From contig NMRA01000233.1 of NCBI GenBank assembly GCA_002633005.1, positions 248,001 to 312,000 of the forward strand: a stretch of DNA of 64,000 bases, written 5' to 3'. Shown here in pieces: positions 53,701-64,000 of this stretch; the first letter of the stretch is position 1; every line of letters begins with the position of its first letter. The stretch is from Phoronis australis (Eukaryota; Animalia; Phoronida). Below the pieces are notes generated by a model, which saw only the letters and a program-made list of their open reading frames with translations, ran no database searches and had not been told where the DNA came from. Both the position numbers and the translations under genes were made by a program.

Positions 53701-56700
53701 AGAATAATTAATTATTACCAGCTGATGGTAAACAGTCAAATATTGGTTCGACGCACTCTGAACATAGAATGGATATTGGATTTGGGCACTTGGTTTTGTA
53801 ATTTAATTATGGCCAGCATGCTCTTTTAAATAAAGTGTTAGAATGCATCACATGTTTACGTTTTCATTTCTTTAGGGTCATACCCTGTTGGCCAGAATCT
53901 GGCTTGGGGTTTTGAGGAATGGAAGTCGGTGCTAGAAGCTTGGCACTCCGAGGTCGAGGATTTCGAGTACGGTCACGGCTCCACCAACGGAGAAGACATA
54001 GGCCATTACACTCAGGTGAGGACAGGAACTTGAGTACTCGTCTCCTTGCTAACGCTTATGAGATGTTGCTAATTAAATTTCATAAAGATATCAAATAACA
54101 GTTTTGTGACGAACTTGGTATTCTTCTCACTTCTACAGAGTAAACAGAATATTGTTTGCAACACGACCACACTCGAAGTTAGCTCAGTCACGTTTTGACA
54201 AGTGCGGCAATCACTAGAACAATAGGGAACTGTGGAAAACAGTTTGCGTGTGGCTACATTGGCACACTGAGTGTGGATTGCTCTTAATACTTTAAGCAAA
54301 TGATACTTTTGTGAAGTCTCATGCAGTCCTAAATACAAGTGGGTGAAATTTTTTTGATAGTAGAAGGGAAAAAGTTGATTCGATTTTGACTTTTTGGTGG
54401 TCTTGTTTTCTGCCAGTGACTGCCCTCTGTTAATTGTAATGCCATACAACATTTACAGATGGTGTGGGCCAGCACCAGTAGAATTGGATGCGGGTTCGCT
54501 GTTTGTAACGGGTCGATTCCTTACTTTGCCTGTAATTATGGACCAGGGTAAGAGGGTAGAATGAACTTAAACTATGGTACATAGAACTGTGAAGTTTTAC
54601 TTTTTAATTTTAGATGTTTAGTATGGAATCTTCAATACAATAAATATACATGCCCAGAGAGCGCCAGAAGGCATTGTATGTGGGTTAAATAAATACAAAG
54701 AAATCTATATACAATTACTATACTCGAATAAAACATCAATTAAAGAGAATGTCACTCGATTTAATTAACTTTTTTACCGTCTTAATCGGTCTATATCCAC
54801 ATCGCGTCTTATACGGTCGCCCTCACCTTGCTGAGAGGTGTCGCGTTAACCAGTGAGAAAGGTGAGAAACGACGCAGCGATGTCAGTGGTTCATCTACAG
54901 AGTGAATGCCACTATAATGCGGTGCATCTTTCCCGCTTGCCCCAACAATGAAGCTGAAAAAAGTATATATATATATAATTTTTCGACTTCCTCGAGAGCT
55001 CGAAATGCTTAGGAAGTGGCTCGCGGAAGTGAAGAACGAAAAGTAGGCTGTTAATTGCAAGTATGAGGTCGTGAAACATGTCCGTGTCTGTGACCGGCAT
55101 TTCGTCGACAGTGAATTCTCTGACGAATTCCGGCTTACCAAAGAACTATCCATACGTTCCGTTATTCTGCGTTCCGTTTCAAAATGAATTATTCTCACCC
55201 TAACCAATGCTTACATAAAACTGAAACAAAGTCTGTCTCATTAGATACAATTTGTAATGCCTTTGGAGTATTCGTGAGTGTAAATGTTTTGAGAAGCCAG
55301 CAATGAGCAAACCACTGCGTTACAAGGCTTTAGATGCAACAAAGGTAATTGACCGGGCACCGAGGCCGTGTGAGCGCATGCTAATTCATTGTTTGCTGGC
55401 AGAAAGTTGTTGAGAAACAATAATTCGACTTTATATGCTATGGTCACATGTAAGGGGAATCTTTATTTAGATATACAAATACATTATTCTAATCATTGTT
55501 TGACTGTACAACCTTTGCCCTGATGGTTCTGTAGAAGGGGAACCTGACTTCTCCGTATTCGACAAGTACATGTAATTACACTTTCAGTTTCGTGGCTAAT
55601 TCACCTAAATAATTACGTGCACATTATTTCTTTGGATCACTTTTACAGTCTTTTCGTGACTGGAGGTTTAGTTTCCAACTTAAGCTGGTTTATGTTCGTG
55701 ATCTAGTTCCGACGGAGCCACTGGCGGGGAGTAACGAGCGTTTTGTGTGTTTAGAACTGAAAAAATCGCAAGTCTAAGAGTACAACACACAGTTATGTTC
55801 CCCGTCTGTATTTCACGGAAAATTATTCGAATTTATCACCAAACAGACCCAAACTCCCGCAATCGACCATGGTAATTTGGCCTACCGAACTCTGTAGGCT
55901 ACGATACGTTCAAATACCTATAAATCCGTAACAGTGAAATACAACAACACGTTTGTTCAAGAACTCGATGTATTTGTAAGGAGTTTACATCGAATTTTGA
56001 TTCATTGGAGTAAAACAATGAATTCAAGCGATAAGTTGACACCAGTAAGCGTGTTGTGAACGGCTGAACAGACTGCGTTCGAACCGATTACGTCATTGCT
56101 TAATTTCAACACCTCCGCCGTTAGGTGTCAGGTAAAACAACTGAACTTGCTGTTATCGAGTGGAACTACTTGATATAAATTGATACAAAATAGGTTGTTT
56201 TCTGGAAGGCATTCTCCTTTAAAAAACTGATGTTAAGATTATAATGGCATATGATTACATGTGTAAATAAATAATTTTATACACAATAACTTATTTTACA
56301 TTATATAATATCATCGACTCCCACAAAGAGATTTAGTATTAAAAAGAAATTGTCATACTATTTCGAATAAAACCTTATTTTCATTTGGTTCCAGTTCTTT
56401 ACATCCATTTATAAAAAAATAAATTTTGATATACATTTGAGGAATATCACAATATTTTTGTTAACATTGGAGAATTGTTCGAGTGCCTGGAAAAACTGTA
56501 ACTTCTGCTCCCCGCATACCTCACAAGCAAAGAAAACATGAGTATTTGTCTGAGTGTCTCCACTGGAACACAGAGGCGAAATATTATTAAAATTATGTCT
56601 AAATTTCTCATTGTTTAGGAATAGTCCGCATCTTAATCGTACAGAATTAGTTAATGGTAGCGAGGAAGTTGGAATGATGTGAATGGGACTGGCAAGTATT

Positions 56701-59700
56701 GAGTTGTGGTATGCAGCTTAAAGTTATTTTTGAGAGTGACAATTGAAGTGGTCTCTTTTATTTTGGATGTTAAAGAATCCCAGTTGTCAATGCAAGTTAA
56801 TATCATAGATCTCCTTAAGGCTTCGGCAGAGGGAAGATGGTACACTGTACTTTGCCGCAGTCCTGGTCTTGTGTTAAGGTAGGTGGATACACAAAAAAAT
56901 TAATTTTGACTGTTTTTTACATTTTCATATCATCCTAATCTTTAATTCTTGATGCACAGTATACTGAAGAAAAATAAAATCATTCTGAAAATCCAAAGTT
57001 GTTTTTTTTAGCTATATTTGACCAAACCTCAGTAAGTCATATGGCTTGAGTGCTCACCAGCTCAGTGATTGACAACTGGGGCGGAGCTTATATACAAGGA
57101 CACTAGCTCTAATCTAACCCTGTCAACAAGCATTGCGTAACCGGGCAATCGAGAGTGATGTACCAGCTGATATTGGTGTTGTAGCAAGACCAAGAATAAA
57201 ACAATTCTATTTTTGACCATGTGAAAGTTAGTAGTGAAATGGTGAACTAGCTCCTGTTNNNNNNNNNNNNNNNNNNNNNNNNNNNNNNNNNNNNNNNNNN
57301 NNNNNNNNNNNNNNNNNNNNNNNNNNNNNNNNNNNNNNNNNNNNNNNNNNNNNNNNNNNNNNNNNNNNNNNNNNNNNNNNNNNNNNNNNNNNNNNNNNNN
57401 NNNNNNNNNNNNNNNNNNNNNNNNNNNNNNNNNNNNNNNNNNNNNNNNNNNNNNNNNNNNNNNNNNNNNNNNNNNNNNNNNNNNNNNNNNNNNNNNNNNN
57501 NNNNNNNNNNNNNNNNNNNNNNNNNNNNNNNNNNNNNNNNNNNNNNNNNNNNNNNNNNNNNNNNNNNNNNNNNNNNNNNNNNNNNNNNNNNNNNNNNNNN
57601 NNNNNNNNNNNNNNNNNNNNNNNNNNNNNNNNNNNNNNNNNNNNNNNNNNNNNNNNNNNNNNNNNNNNNNNNNNNNNNNNNNNNNNNNNNNNNNNNNNNN
57701 NNNNNNNNNNNNNNNNNNNNNNNNNNNNNNNNNNNNNNNNNNNNNNNNNNNNNNNNNNNNNNNNNNNNNNNNNNNNNNNNNNNNNNNNNNNNNNNNNNNN
57801 NNNNNNNNNNNNNNNNNNNNNNNNNNNNNNNNNNNNNNNNNNNNNNNNNNNNNNNNNNNNNNNNCACGATTCTCGGGCCTATTTTTCCACAACACGTGGG
57901 TCAATTTTAACGAAAGTTGCAAATTTGAAATCCTCTTGGACTGAAGTAAAATCGCGTGCCAGGGTTTTTTGATAAATGGACCAGATTTTTAGTTATTAGA
58001 CGGAAAGTGACCAAATGACAAAAAGTGGCGTGCTTGCCCCAACTCGCACACAAAAAATGCCACAAAATCAAGATCATAATGATTTTGTACATATATTTGG
58101 TATGGATAAGTAGAATATTGCGTAAGGAAATAGTTGATGATGATCCCTGTGCATTTTGAAAAAAAATTCGAGGTAAAATTGGATTTGTTGAAAATTAAAA
58201 AATACGATTTTTAAAAAAAACGAACTACATAAAAACATTTTTTTTCGATTTTTGTCACTTTCAGAATCATGTCTAACTAGTTAAAACTCCCTTTTTACTC
58301 ATTTTAGTTAGGAACCTGGAGATTTGATCAGTGTATACACCTACCTTAAGTCTTTTGTAGGAGTCATATAGGATTTGTTTTTGAATAATAGTTTAAGTCT
58401 TCCACAATGTTGCACTGTTCTTTGTAACACTTAAACGTGCACTGGTTATTTCATTTTCTGAATGATCTGTACGGTTTATTTCTTATATTAATTTCAGAAT
58501 AAATTTTACTATTAAGCCACGGTTTTTTCTTGTTTTTTATTGTTTTCATGGTTGATCGGATATTGTTAACTAGTTTGTTGTAGAGCGACTGTGTGAATGT
58601 TGAGACTACGTCATTTATGTCAGTTTTGTTTAGTTGTACTCGGAGCGTTTCCTGGGGCATGCGTCGACATAATTTTGGAACGCTATGTTTTTTGGATACT
58701 CAGTTGAGCGAAACGTATTTTTATGGTCCACATGCATGTTTAGTTTTAGTCGACAGGTAATTTGTTAGATAGCATGTGTAAGTCTTCAAAAATTTGCCCT
58801 AAAACCCTGAACGAGTTCAGTTCAAACCAATTTGTCAATTTCAAGCTTAAGTTTATTGTTTTTCGCGATAGTATTTTCCGTCACCTACAAGAATTATCAA
58901 TACAGGTCCAATCGATTCATCTTGTCTGTGACAGATTTTTGTTCCATGTTTGCAATAATTTTTTTTAAAAGATTACGGTAAACTATTCTTTCTAAAGACA
59001 CTGGATTATGTTGTTAGAGCGATGTCTGGCATTTCGATTTTTTTGTTATTCTCTTCAACATTTGTCAAACTCTATCTGCGCCAATAGCAATTGACACGCC
59101 AGTGAAATTAGCAATTGCAAAAAGTCTGCTCATGTTGAATTTGCAATTTCTATAGACTGAGACAAGTATTAGGCAGTGCAAATTTTACAAATGTTTGTTG
59201 TTATTTTCAGCGGCAACTTAGTTAGCGAGCAATATCTACCGTACAGAAGGGGCACAAAAGGTTCTTCTTGTAGTAGAAAATTCTACGATTTCAGACATGG
59301 CCTCTGTGGTATGTAATTAAACACCCATGGTCATAAATGTCACTCTCGCTACCTTCCGCACTTTGAATTCAGTTGGAATATTTTTCAGTGGTAACCATGC
59401 CGAGTTGATGTGGTCTTTCCCTGTTGGCAAACGTAATCGGAGTCTGTATTTCATTGTTGTCTAGAACCTTAACAATTGCATAGCATTATCTTTATCACCA
59501 TGACGATTACCTGAAGCTTTTGATGTGAACGGGGTCTAATTTTCATCATCCCTTGGCCAGCGTAAACCTGTTGCACTCGATTAGGCTAACGCCAGACTCT
59601 GGTGTGCTGATACCGTATAAGCGGTAATAAGATGAAGGCCAGGTGTCAGTTGGCGATGGACATGGTTTTGAAATTAACACCTCTTTATTTTTCATTTGGG

Positions 59701-60565
59701 TTCTATGGAGATGTTGTAATTAGTTTAAACAGATACAGTGTTTGGCAACTGTACTTTCTAGCCTGTCTGCGACCAGTTAGACCGAGACATGTTCTGTGAA
59801 ATTGGATAAAAATGCGCATTGGAGTAAACCAAAGTATGAACCACATGTACACAAACCACTAATTCAGTTTTCCTTGGCACGGATTTTTACTTGCTGCTCC
59901 GAAATATCTGATTGGTGAAAAAACTGACAACCTTCAAAGCAGAGAGACGAGGACATGCAACATACGACATGAAAATAAAAGCAACTCATAGATAAACACA
60001 ATTCTAATAAAGAGGCAAAGCTGCTATACTAAAAAATTGTTTGTAACTGCAAATGTTCTTGCATTCATTTCTATTATGGAATCCGACTTATCAGTTCATC
60101 GGTAGTGACGTCATCCGAGTTGTGGCAAACTTTGTAAATTTTGGGAAAGGATTGGTACCCATGGCGTGTTATTCTTAACTAAATATAATATTTGTCAATT
60201 AAACTAATTTGTTCGTGCAAGGTTGAAGTAGTCCAATACTTGTGTTTGCCACCCTCAATAGCAATGCGCGCGAACAACCGATTATTTCATCAACAAGACT
60301 TCAGGCCACACATTGTGGTTTTCCGAAGGCGAACTAAAGCAACTGCAAAGTGTTGCCAATGTGGCAATTTCAGAAACAAAGCCTGAACTTTTTGATTAGT
60401 CAACTTACTAACCATTAAAATCACAACTTGGTGACATCGCGTTTTCTTTACTTTCAGACTGCGGTGGAAAGGTCTGTAAAAACGGCGGGAAAGTGAATCT
60501 AATGACTTGTACTTGTCAGTGTAGGCTTAAATCACCTTTATGGATTCAGAAGGACGATTGCGGGT
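37046..60565 (+). CDS. Spliced gene for secreted CAP/SCP-domain (CRISP/antigen-5-like) cysteine-rich protein with C-terminal EGF-like module; 3' end not found
   Basis: Exons 37046-37130, 46045-46088, 50584-50659, 52401-52507, 53455-53545, 53876-54015, 54459-54547, 59211-59308, 60458-60565; all GT-AG, phases match, 279 codons with no stop. Motifs: HTAC, HNHYR, QPPAANM, WDDELA..AQKWA..C, GQNLA, GHYTQMVWA, IGCG, CNYGPGGN, PY..G. Confidence 0.93.
37304..39230. mobile_element. Tandem-dimer insertion (two ~945-bp units) in intron 1 of right CAP gene, probably Helentron/HINE-like
   Basis: Absent from left intron 1. Units start TGAAAGCGCTCGGAGGAGCGACACTTGGCGAA (~37305) and TGAAAGCGCTTGGAGGAGTGACGCTTGGCGAA (~38252); each has a (GAT/GAC)n tract and collinear downstream sequence. 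Confidence 0.6.
43043..43227 (-). mobile_element. tRNA-derived SINE-like element with hammerhead-like core at its 3' part
   Basis: - strand: A box TGGTGTAGTGG and B box GGTTGAAATCC within 43227-43144; then CTGACGA-stem-GAAAC at 43079-43046. Confidence 0.5.
44100..45243 (+). mobile_element. Kolobok-like non-autonomous DNA transposon, copy 1 (THAP relic)
   Basis: TTAA at 44096-44099 and 45244-45247; TIR AAGAGAATGTCACCC / GGGTGGCATTCTCCT; + strand 44271-44456 WCIVPVCAN...ISFFRLP*ESEMLRKWLAA...HLRVCGRHF (THAP C2CH); - strand acidic ...YKFEPEYTD at ~44650-44555; (TAAA)n ~44677-44710. Confidence 0.85.
46045..46088 (+). CDS. CAP gene small linker exon
   Basis: ttttcttttgcag|...|gtgagt; (V)SQNQKFTSGDVSQP; phase 1 to 0 bridges exon 1 and the 50584 exon. 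Confidence 0.65.
49487..49668. repeat. 182-bp spacerless palindrome, one mismatch
   Basis: Symmetry axis 49577/49578; only mismatch seen is 49574 A / 49581 C. Confidence 0.95.
50584..50659 (+). CDS. CAP gene exon, N-terminal Cys region
   Basis: TCPLRFKLTSPDHTACLNPPKRIRE; tag|...|gtgagt. Confidence 0.88.
52401..52507 (+). CDS. CAP gene exon with HNxxR motif
   Basis: (G)LNESSKYLIVNMHNHYRGNVEKYSGQPPAANMEKI; tag|...|gtgagt. Confidence 0.95.
53455..53545 (+). CDS. CAP gene exon
   Basis: VWDDELAELAQKWASNCIWRHEEAFNRNIP; tag|...|gtacct. Confidence 0.95.
53876..54015 (+). CDS. CAP gene exon with GQNL and GHYTQ motifs
   Basis: (G)SYPVGQNLAWGFEEWKSVLEAWHSEVEDFEYGHGSTNGEDIGHYTQ; tag|...|gtgagg. Confidence 0.96.
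54459..54547 (+). CDS. CAP gene exon with GCG and CNYxP motifs
   Basis: MVWASTSRIGCGFAVCNGSIPYFACNYGP; cag|...|gtaaga, phase 2. Confidence 0.96.
54744..56218 (+). mobile_element. Kolobok-like element, copy 2
   Basis: TTAA flanks (54740-54743, 56219-56222); homologous to 44100-45243; THAP relic FRLPRELEMLRKWL...HVRVCDRHF; ~460-bp internal insertion ~55235-55697. Confidence 0.85.
56300..56873 (-). mobile_element. Decayed CR1/L2-clade LINE, ORF2 C-terminus and 3' end
   Basis: RRSMILTCIDNWDSLTSKIKETTSIVTLKNN resembles the S...WNxLPxxIK...FK motif ending CR1/L2 ORF2. Confidence 0.55.
56878..58345. mobile_element. TIR element with TTAA target duplication (second Kolobok-like family), spanning an assembly gap
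   Basis: TTAA|GGTAGGTGGATACAC ... GTGTATACACCTACC|TTAA (14/15 TIR match). Confidence 0.75.
57259..57864. other. Assembly gap
   Basis: N run. Confidence 1.
58350..59070 (-). mobile_element. Decayed LINE ORF2 fragment (endonuclease-RT linker)
   Basis: KTIKNKKKPWLNSKIYSEINIRNKPYRSFRK resembles the PW...I..R..LY linker; same strand as the 56.3-56.9 kb fragment. Confidence 0.55.
59211..59308 (+). CDS. CAP gene hinge exon
   Basis: (G)GNLVSEQYLPYRRGTKGSSCSRKFYDFRHGLC; cag|...|gtatgt; phase 2 to 1. Confidence 0.9.
60458..60565 (+). CDS. CAP gene EGF-like exon
   Basis: (D)CGGKVCKNGGKVNLMTCTCQCRLKSPLWIQKDDCG; six Cys with CxNGG...CxCxC; phase 1-1. Confidence 0.9.
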
Positions 60566-63303
60566 GTGAGTATATGTTTAACCCTAATGCTCCGTTTAGA
60601 CATAAACTTTTGGCCTGGCGCAACTGATACGGAGCAAATTGATCGGTGTCAAGCTTTCGTTTACACACACAAGTCACTAACTCTTGCAAGACATAAATTG
60701 CAGGCTGAAGTGTGGATCACACATGCCCACGTTTACAAATGACGAGAGTTGTGGAGACAAAGTACCCGTATATAGGTCATTACACAAGCGCAGTAGAGAT
60801 GATCCTTTCCGCTTTGCCCCAGTGCCTTTTGTACTACGAAAGTTGACACGGATTAGCTGACACGGAACAAGTTGTTCCAGCGCATGTATGTGTATAAACG
60901 GGACTGAACTGGAGCAAATTGACACCATGGTGACAACTTTTGCCACCCGTTTGTGAGGTAGAGCAATTTGCGCTCGATCATGTTGTTCCGTGTCAAATTA
61001 TGTCTAACACGCCCTTGCCTCCAGTCATAATGGTTTGGGTTCTCACCAGAAATTAAAGTGTCTACAAAGACTGATTCGCCATCATGAGACTTAGACCAAA
61101 TATACAGTGGCCTAAGTTTGGTTTTGAGAAACACCGTATGCCCGGTCGTAACTAAGATTCTTTTAGGCATCCAAATGCAAATGCGGTGCTGTTTTTTAGA
61201 AAAAATGAAACGTAAATAATTTAAATTTATCCCCATTCTTTATTCACAGTTAACGACCATCTTAACAAACCATGCGCTCTATATAAGTTATTTAAGTATT
61301 AAATTATTTTATGTAAGCTATACTGCTTCGTCCTCATTATCATATTGTTTGGATTCTCGGGTCCGTGACCCTCTTTGTTCTACGATTATTGGTTTAATTG
61401 TACCACGTGATCTCTTTGTCTCGTCGCAACACTGGGCCATGGTCCACAATTCTCTTCAAATTTCAGTTTTCACTCAATTTCTCTTCGAAGTTTCAGCACT
61501 CTCCGTCTCTTCACCTCATTAAGGCATTGTACCTTGTTTCCTGCTTCGTTCTAGACTAAACATGCCACCTAGTTGTTTGATTTTGGGCAGTTCTTATGTG
61601 GCGACCGAACCAGGGTCTAACCAATCTGGGTTTCTACGAGTCCTCTGAATCCATCAACTCCACACTCGCCCCTGGCAATTGTTCCGTTCGCCATTTAACC
61701 CCAGCCATCCTGTATAGATCTAAGGTACGACAGTCTTATCTGCGACTGGTTGTAGCAGGGGTACGTTCCGTAGACCCACGAATTTGGCAAACAGCAAGAT
61801 AACGCAAGACCACGTAAAAGCAAGCGGACGAGACTTCGTAACTTAACAAAATGTTGGCCACTAAAGTGGTTGGTCGGTGTGGTTGGAATGCTGAGTGATA
61901 ATAAATAATTCTTGAATTGTGAAATAAAACTGAGTGTTTCTGTTCTATAAGCGAGGATTTATCGGCTTAACCTTTTCGGATCAATACACGAAAAAATATC
62001 TCAGCAAATGCAGTGTATTGGTAATATTTTGACTCTACGGAACGCAGCCCAGATTTAACAAAACGGATTCTAAGTATTCAGTACATCCGCCTCGTCTCGT
62101 TCTAAAAGTCGACCGTCGTTTGTTGCCGAAAAAAACGCGTTACGTAAAATGAAAGGTATTGGATCTTTCTCCCTTTTATCACCTAATGATCGTTTGTTAT
62201 TTGGGTTAACAAATGTTTCTGTGCAATCCCAAAGTGTCTCTGAATTTACTAGGATGTAAACTTTTGGAATCACTGACGCTCAACGACATGCAATATGTTA
62301 CTTTCATCTGTACTCGTTGATTTGTTTACATACACTGTTTCCTAATAACGTCTGCACACGATTTTCACGAACCAATCATCGACGCCGTCGACTAATAGCT
62401 GTTTTCAGTGAATTCAAACAGTGTCAAATTTGATCTAATTCAGTATTCACACTTTTGCAGAGATACTGGCCTTGTTTATATGAATGCGCTTTACAATGGA
62501 ATAGTTTCCCTGTGAAAATCGGTGACCGTGACTGTCGTGTATCCGCAATGAGCAAGTGCGCAATTAGATATATTTTTGTAATAAAATGAATAGGATCTAT
62601 TGACATTTTGTACAAGTGAATGTATGAGGATTATGTGTTTGTGAAAATATATAACCTGGGTTCATAAAGGTTTTCGAGTTCCATGTCTGTAGGGTATCTC
62701 AGCAACTGCGGAGGTAAATTGCTTCAGTCGTTTTCGTACTGGAATTGTTTCATTAGTAATTAGCTTTGGGGCAAGCCGCCGTTGTAAATTGCACAAATCT
62801 CGTTTCTACAAGTCTTGTTCAAGCTGAGCTGTTGATCGGCGACGTTGATTTTGGAATTGTTGGCACTGGGTGAATGAAAACATTTTACGGAAGCTGACAA
62901 TGATAATCATGACCAAATTCGAAATTTAATAATAAATATTTAAGAGAATTGTTGTGTGTGATTATATGCGTCAGGCATTGCTTAGTAATATCTACTGTCC
63001 AAGTACCGTGTGTTTTTGCAACCCAAATCAGACTCAACATCACGGGTCTGACTTTTAAGTTTTGGCTTTCAAGTAAGAAACTTGGGCTTAGGCTTCACCC
63101 AGTTATTTCCGAAAAGCAATGAAATCTTAATGAAAGCAGTGGTACAAAGTCATTGAGGAGGTACCCATAACTGTCAGTTAGCGAGATAATTTGTATTAAT
63201 CTATTTCTTGGCTGTGATGTGGTAATACTTACAGTATATGTGGCTGAACCTTTATTCGGTAATTGTTAAGATGGGGATTAAGGTCAAACTGACTCAGTCT
63301 GAA

Positions 63304-63828
63304 AGGAGAATGCCACCCAAAAACAACCTAGTTTGTATCAAATTAGAGCGAGTTGTTCCACTCGATAACAGCAAGTACAGATCTTTTACGTGACACATGA
63401 CTGCAGACGGAGGTGTTGAAATTCAACAATGACGTCAGAGGTTCAAATGCAGTACGTTCAGCAGTTCACAACACGCTTACTGGTGTCAGCCTATCGCTTG
63501 AATTCATCGTTTTACACCCATAAATCATCAACATTCGATGTAAAACCCTTACAAATATAGCGAGTGATTGAACAAATGTGTTCTTTTATTTCGCTGTTGC
63601 CAATTTTTGGGTATTTGTACGTACCGTAGCGTTCAGAGTTTAGGCCAATTTGCCAAAGTCGGTCGAGGCAGTTTGGGGTCTGTTCGGTGATAATTTCAAA
63701 CTATTTGTCCGTGCAATACAGACAAGAGAACATACCTGTGTGTTGTAATTTAAGACTTGCGATTTTTTCAGTTTTAAACACACAAAAGGCTTGCTATCCC
63801 GGCCAGTGGCTCGGAACCCGATCAGGCT
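63304..63828 (-). mobile_element. Kolobok-like element, copy 3 (inverted, right half only)
   Basis: Starts AGGAGAATGCCACCCAAAAACAACCTA, the reverse complement of the right end of copies 1 and 2; homology continues to ~63828. Confidence 0.8.
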
Positions 63829-63831
63829 CAT

Positions 63832-64000
63832 CTATTTATTTATTATTGTGATATTTAAAATGAGGGTGGCCTATTGAGTGATAGCACTGCTTTCCAAGAG
63901 GTCCCTCAACAACAAAATATAAAACAGTAATATAATACAGTGAAGTAATAAAACAACAATTAAATACACGTAACAAAGATTCAATTAAAACAGGTTGAGA
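63832..64000 (-). mobile_element. 3' tail of L2/Crack-like LINE truncating Kolobok copy 3
   Basis: - strand GAGGGACCTCTTGGAAAGCAG...GGCCACCCTC stem-loop followed by an (AAAT)n tail abutting 63828. Confidence 0.5.

Noticed and set aside
54809-55207. Minus-strand ORFs here and at 44217-44453
   Set aside because: Antisense shadows of the + strand THAP relics.
55534-55590. GNLTSPYST, resembling the CAP GN..PY motif
   Set aside because: No acceptor in the required phase 2, lies inside a transposon insertion, and 59211-59308 fits properly.
57062-57922. 286-aa and 206-aa ORFs in the track
   Set aside because: Artefacts of the N run.
62693-62713. Possible micro-exon (W)YLSNCG after the EGF exon
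   Set aside because: Too short with weak splice sites; cannot be told from chance.

Overview
Eukaryotic (animal, probably marine invertebrate; inference from repeat types and gene family) draft-assembly DNA with two N-gaps. Most ORFs in the supplied track are spurious. (1) About 1.4-39.6 kb is one giant imperfect inverted duplication with a ~750-bp spacer at ~21.7-22.45 kb. The arms are roughly 85-93% identical in the segments counted by eye and differ by many arm-specific insertions. (2) At the outer ends sit two divergently transcribed paralogues of a secreted CAP/SCP (CRISP/antigen 5/PR-1) gene. The right copy reads across 9 phase-consistent exons (37046-60565): signal peptide, CAP domain, reduced hinge, EGF-like module. 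Only exon 1 of the left copy is in the window. (3) Inside the arms are duplicated remnants of at least one other spliced gene, and possibly of a decayed TM/TIR-like receptor. (4) Mobile DNA includes Kolobok-like TTAA elements with THAP relics, Helentron/HINE-like elements (one with a CTCF-like motif array), CR1/L2 LINE fragments and a tRNA-derived element with a hammerhead-like core. (5) Perfect or near-perfect palindromes of 52 bp and 182 bp also occur.
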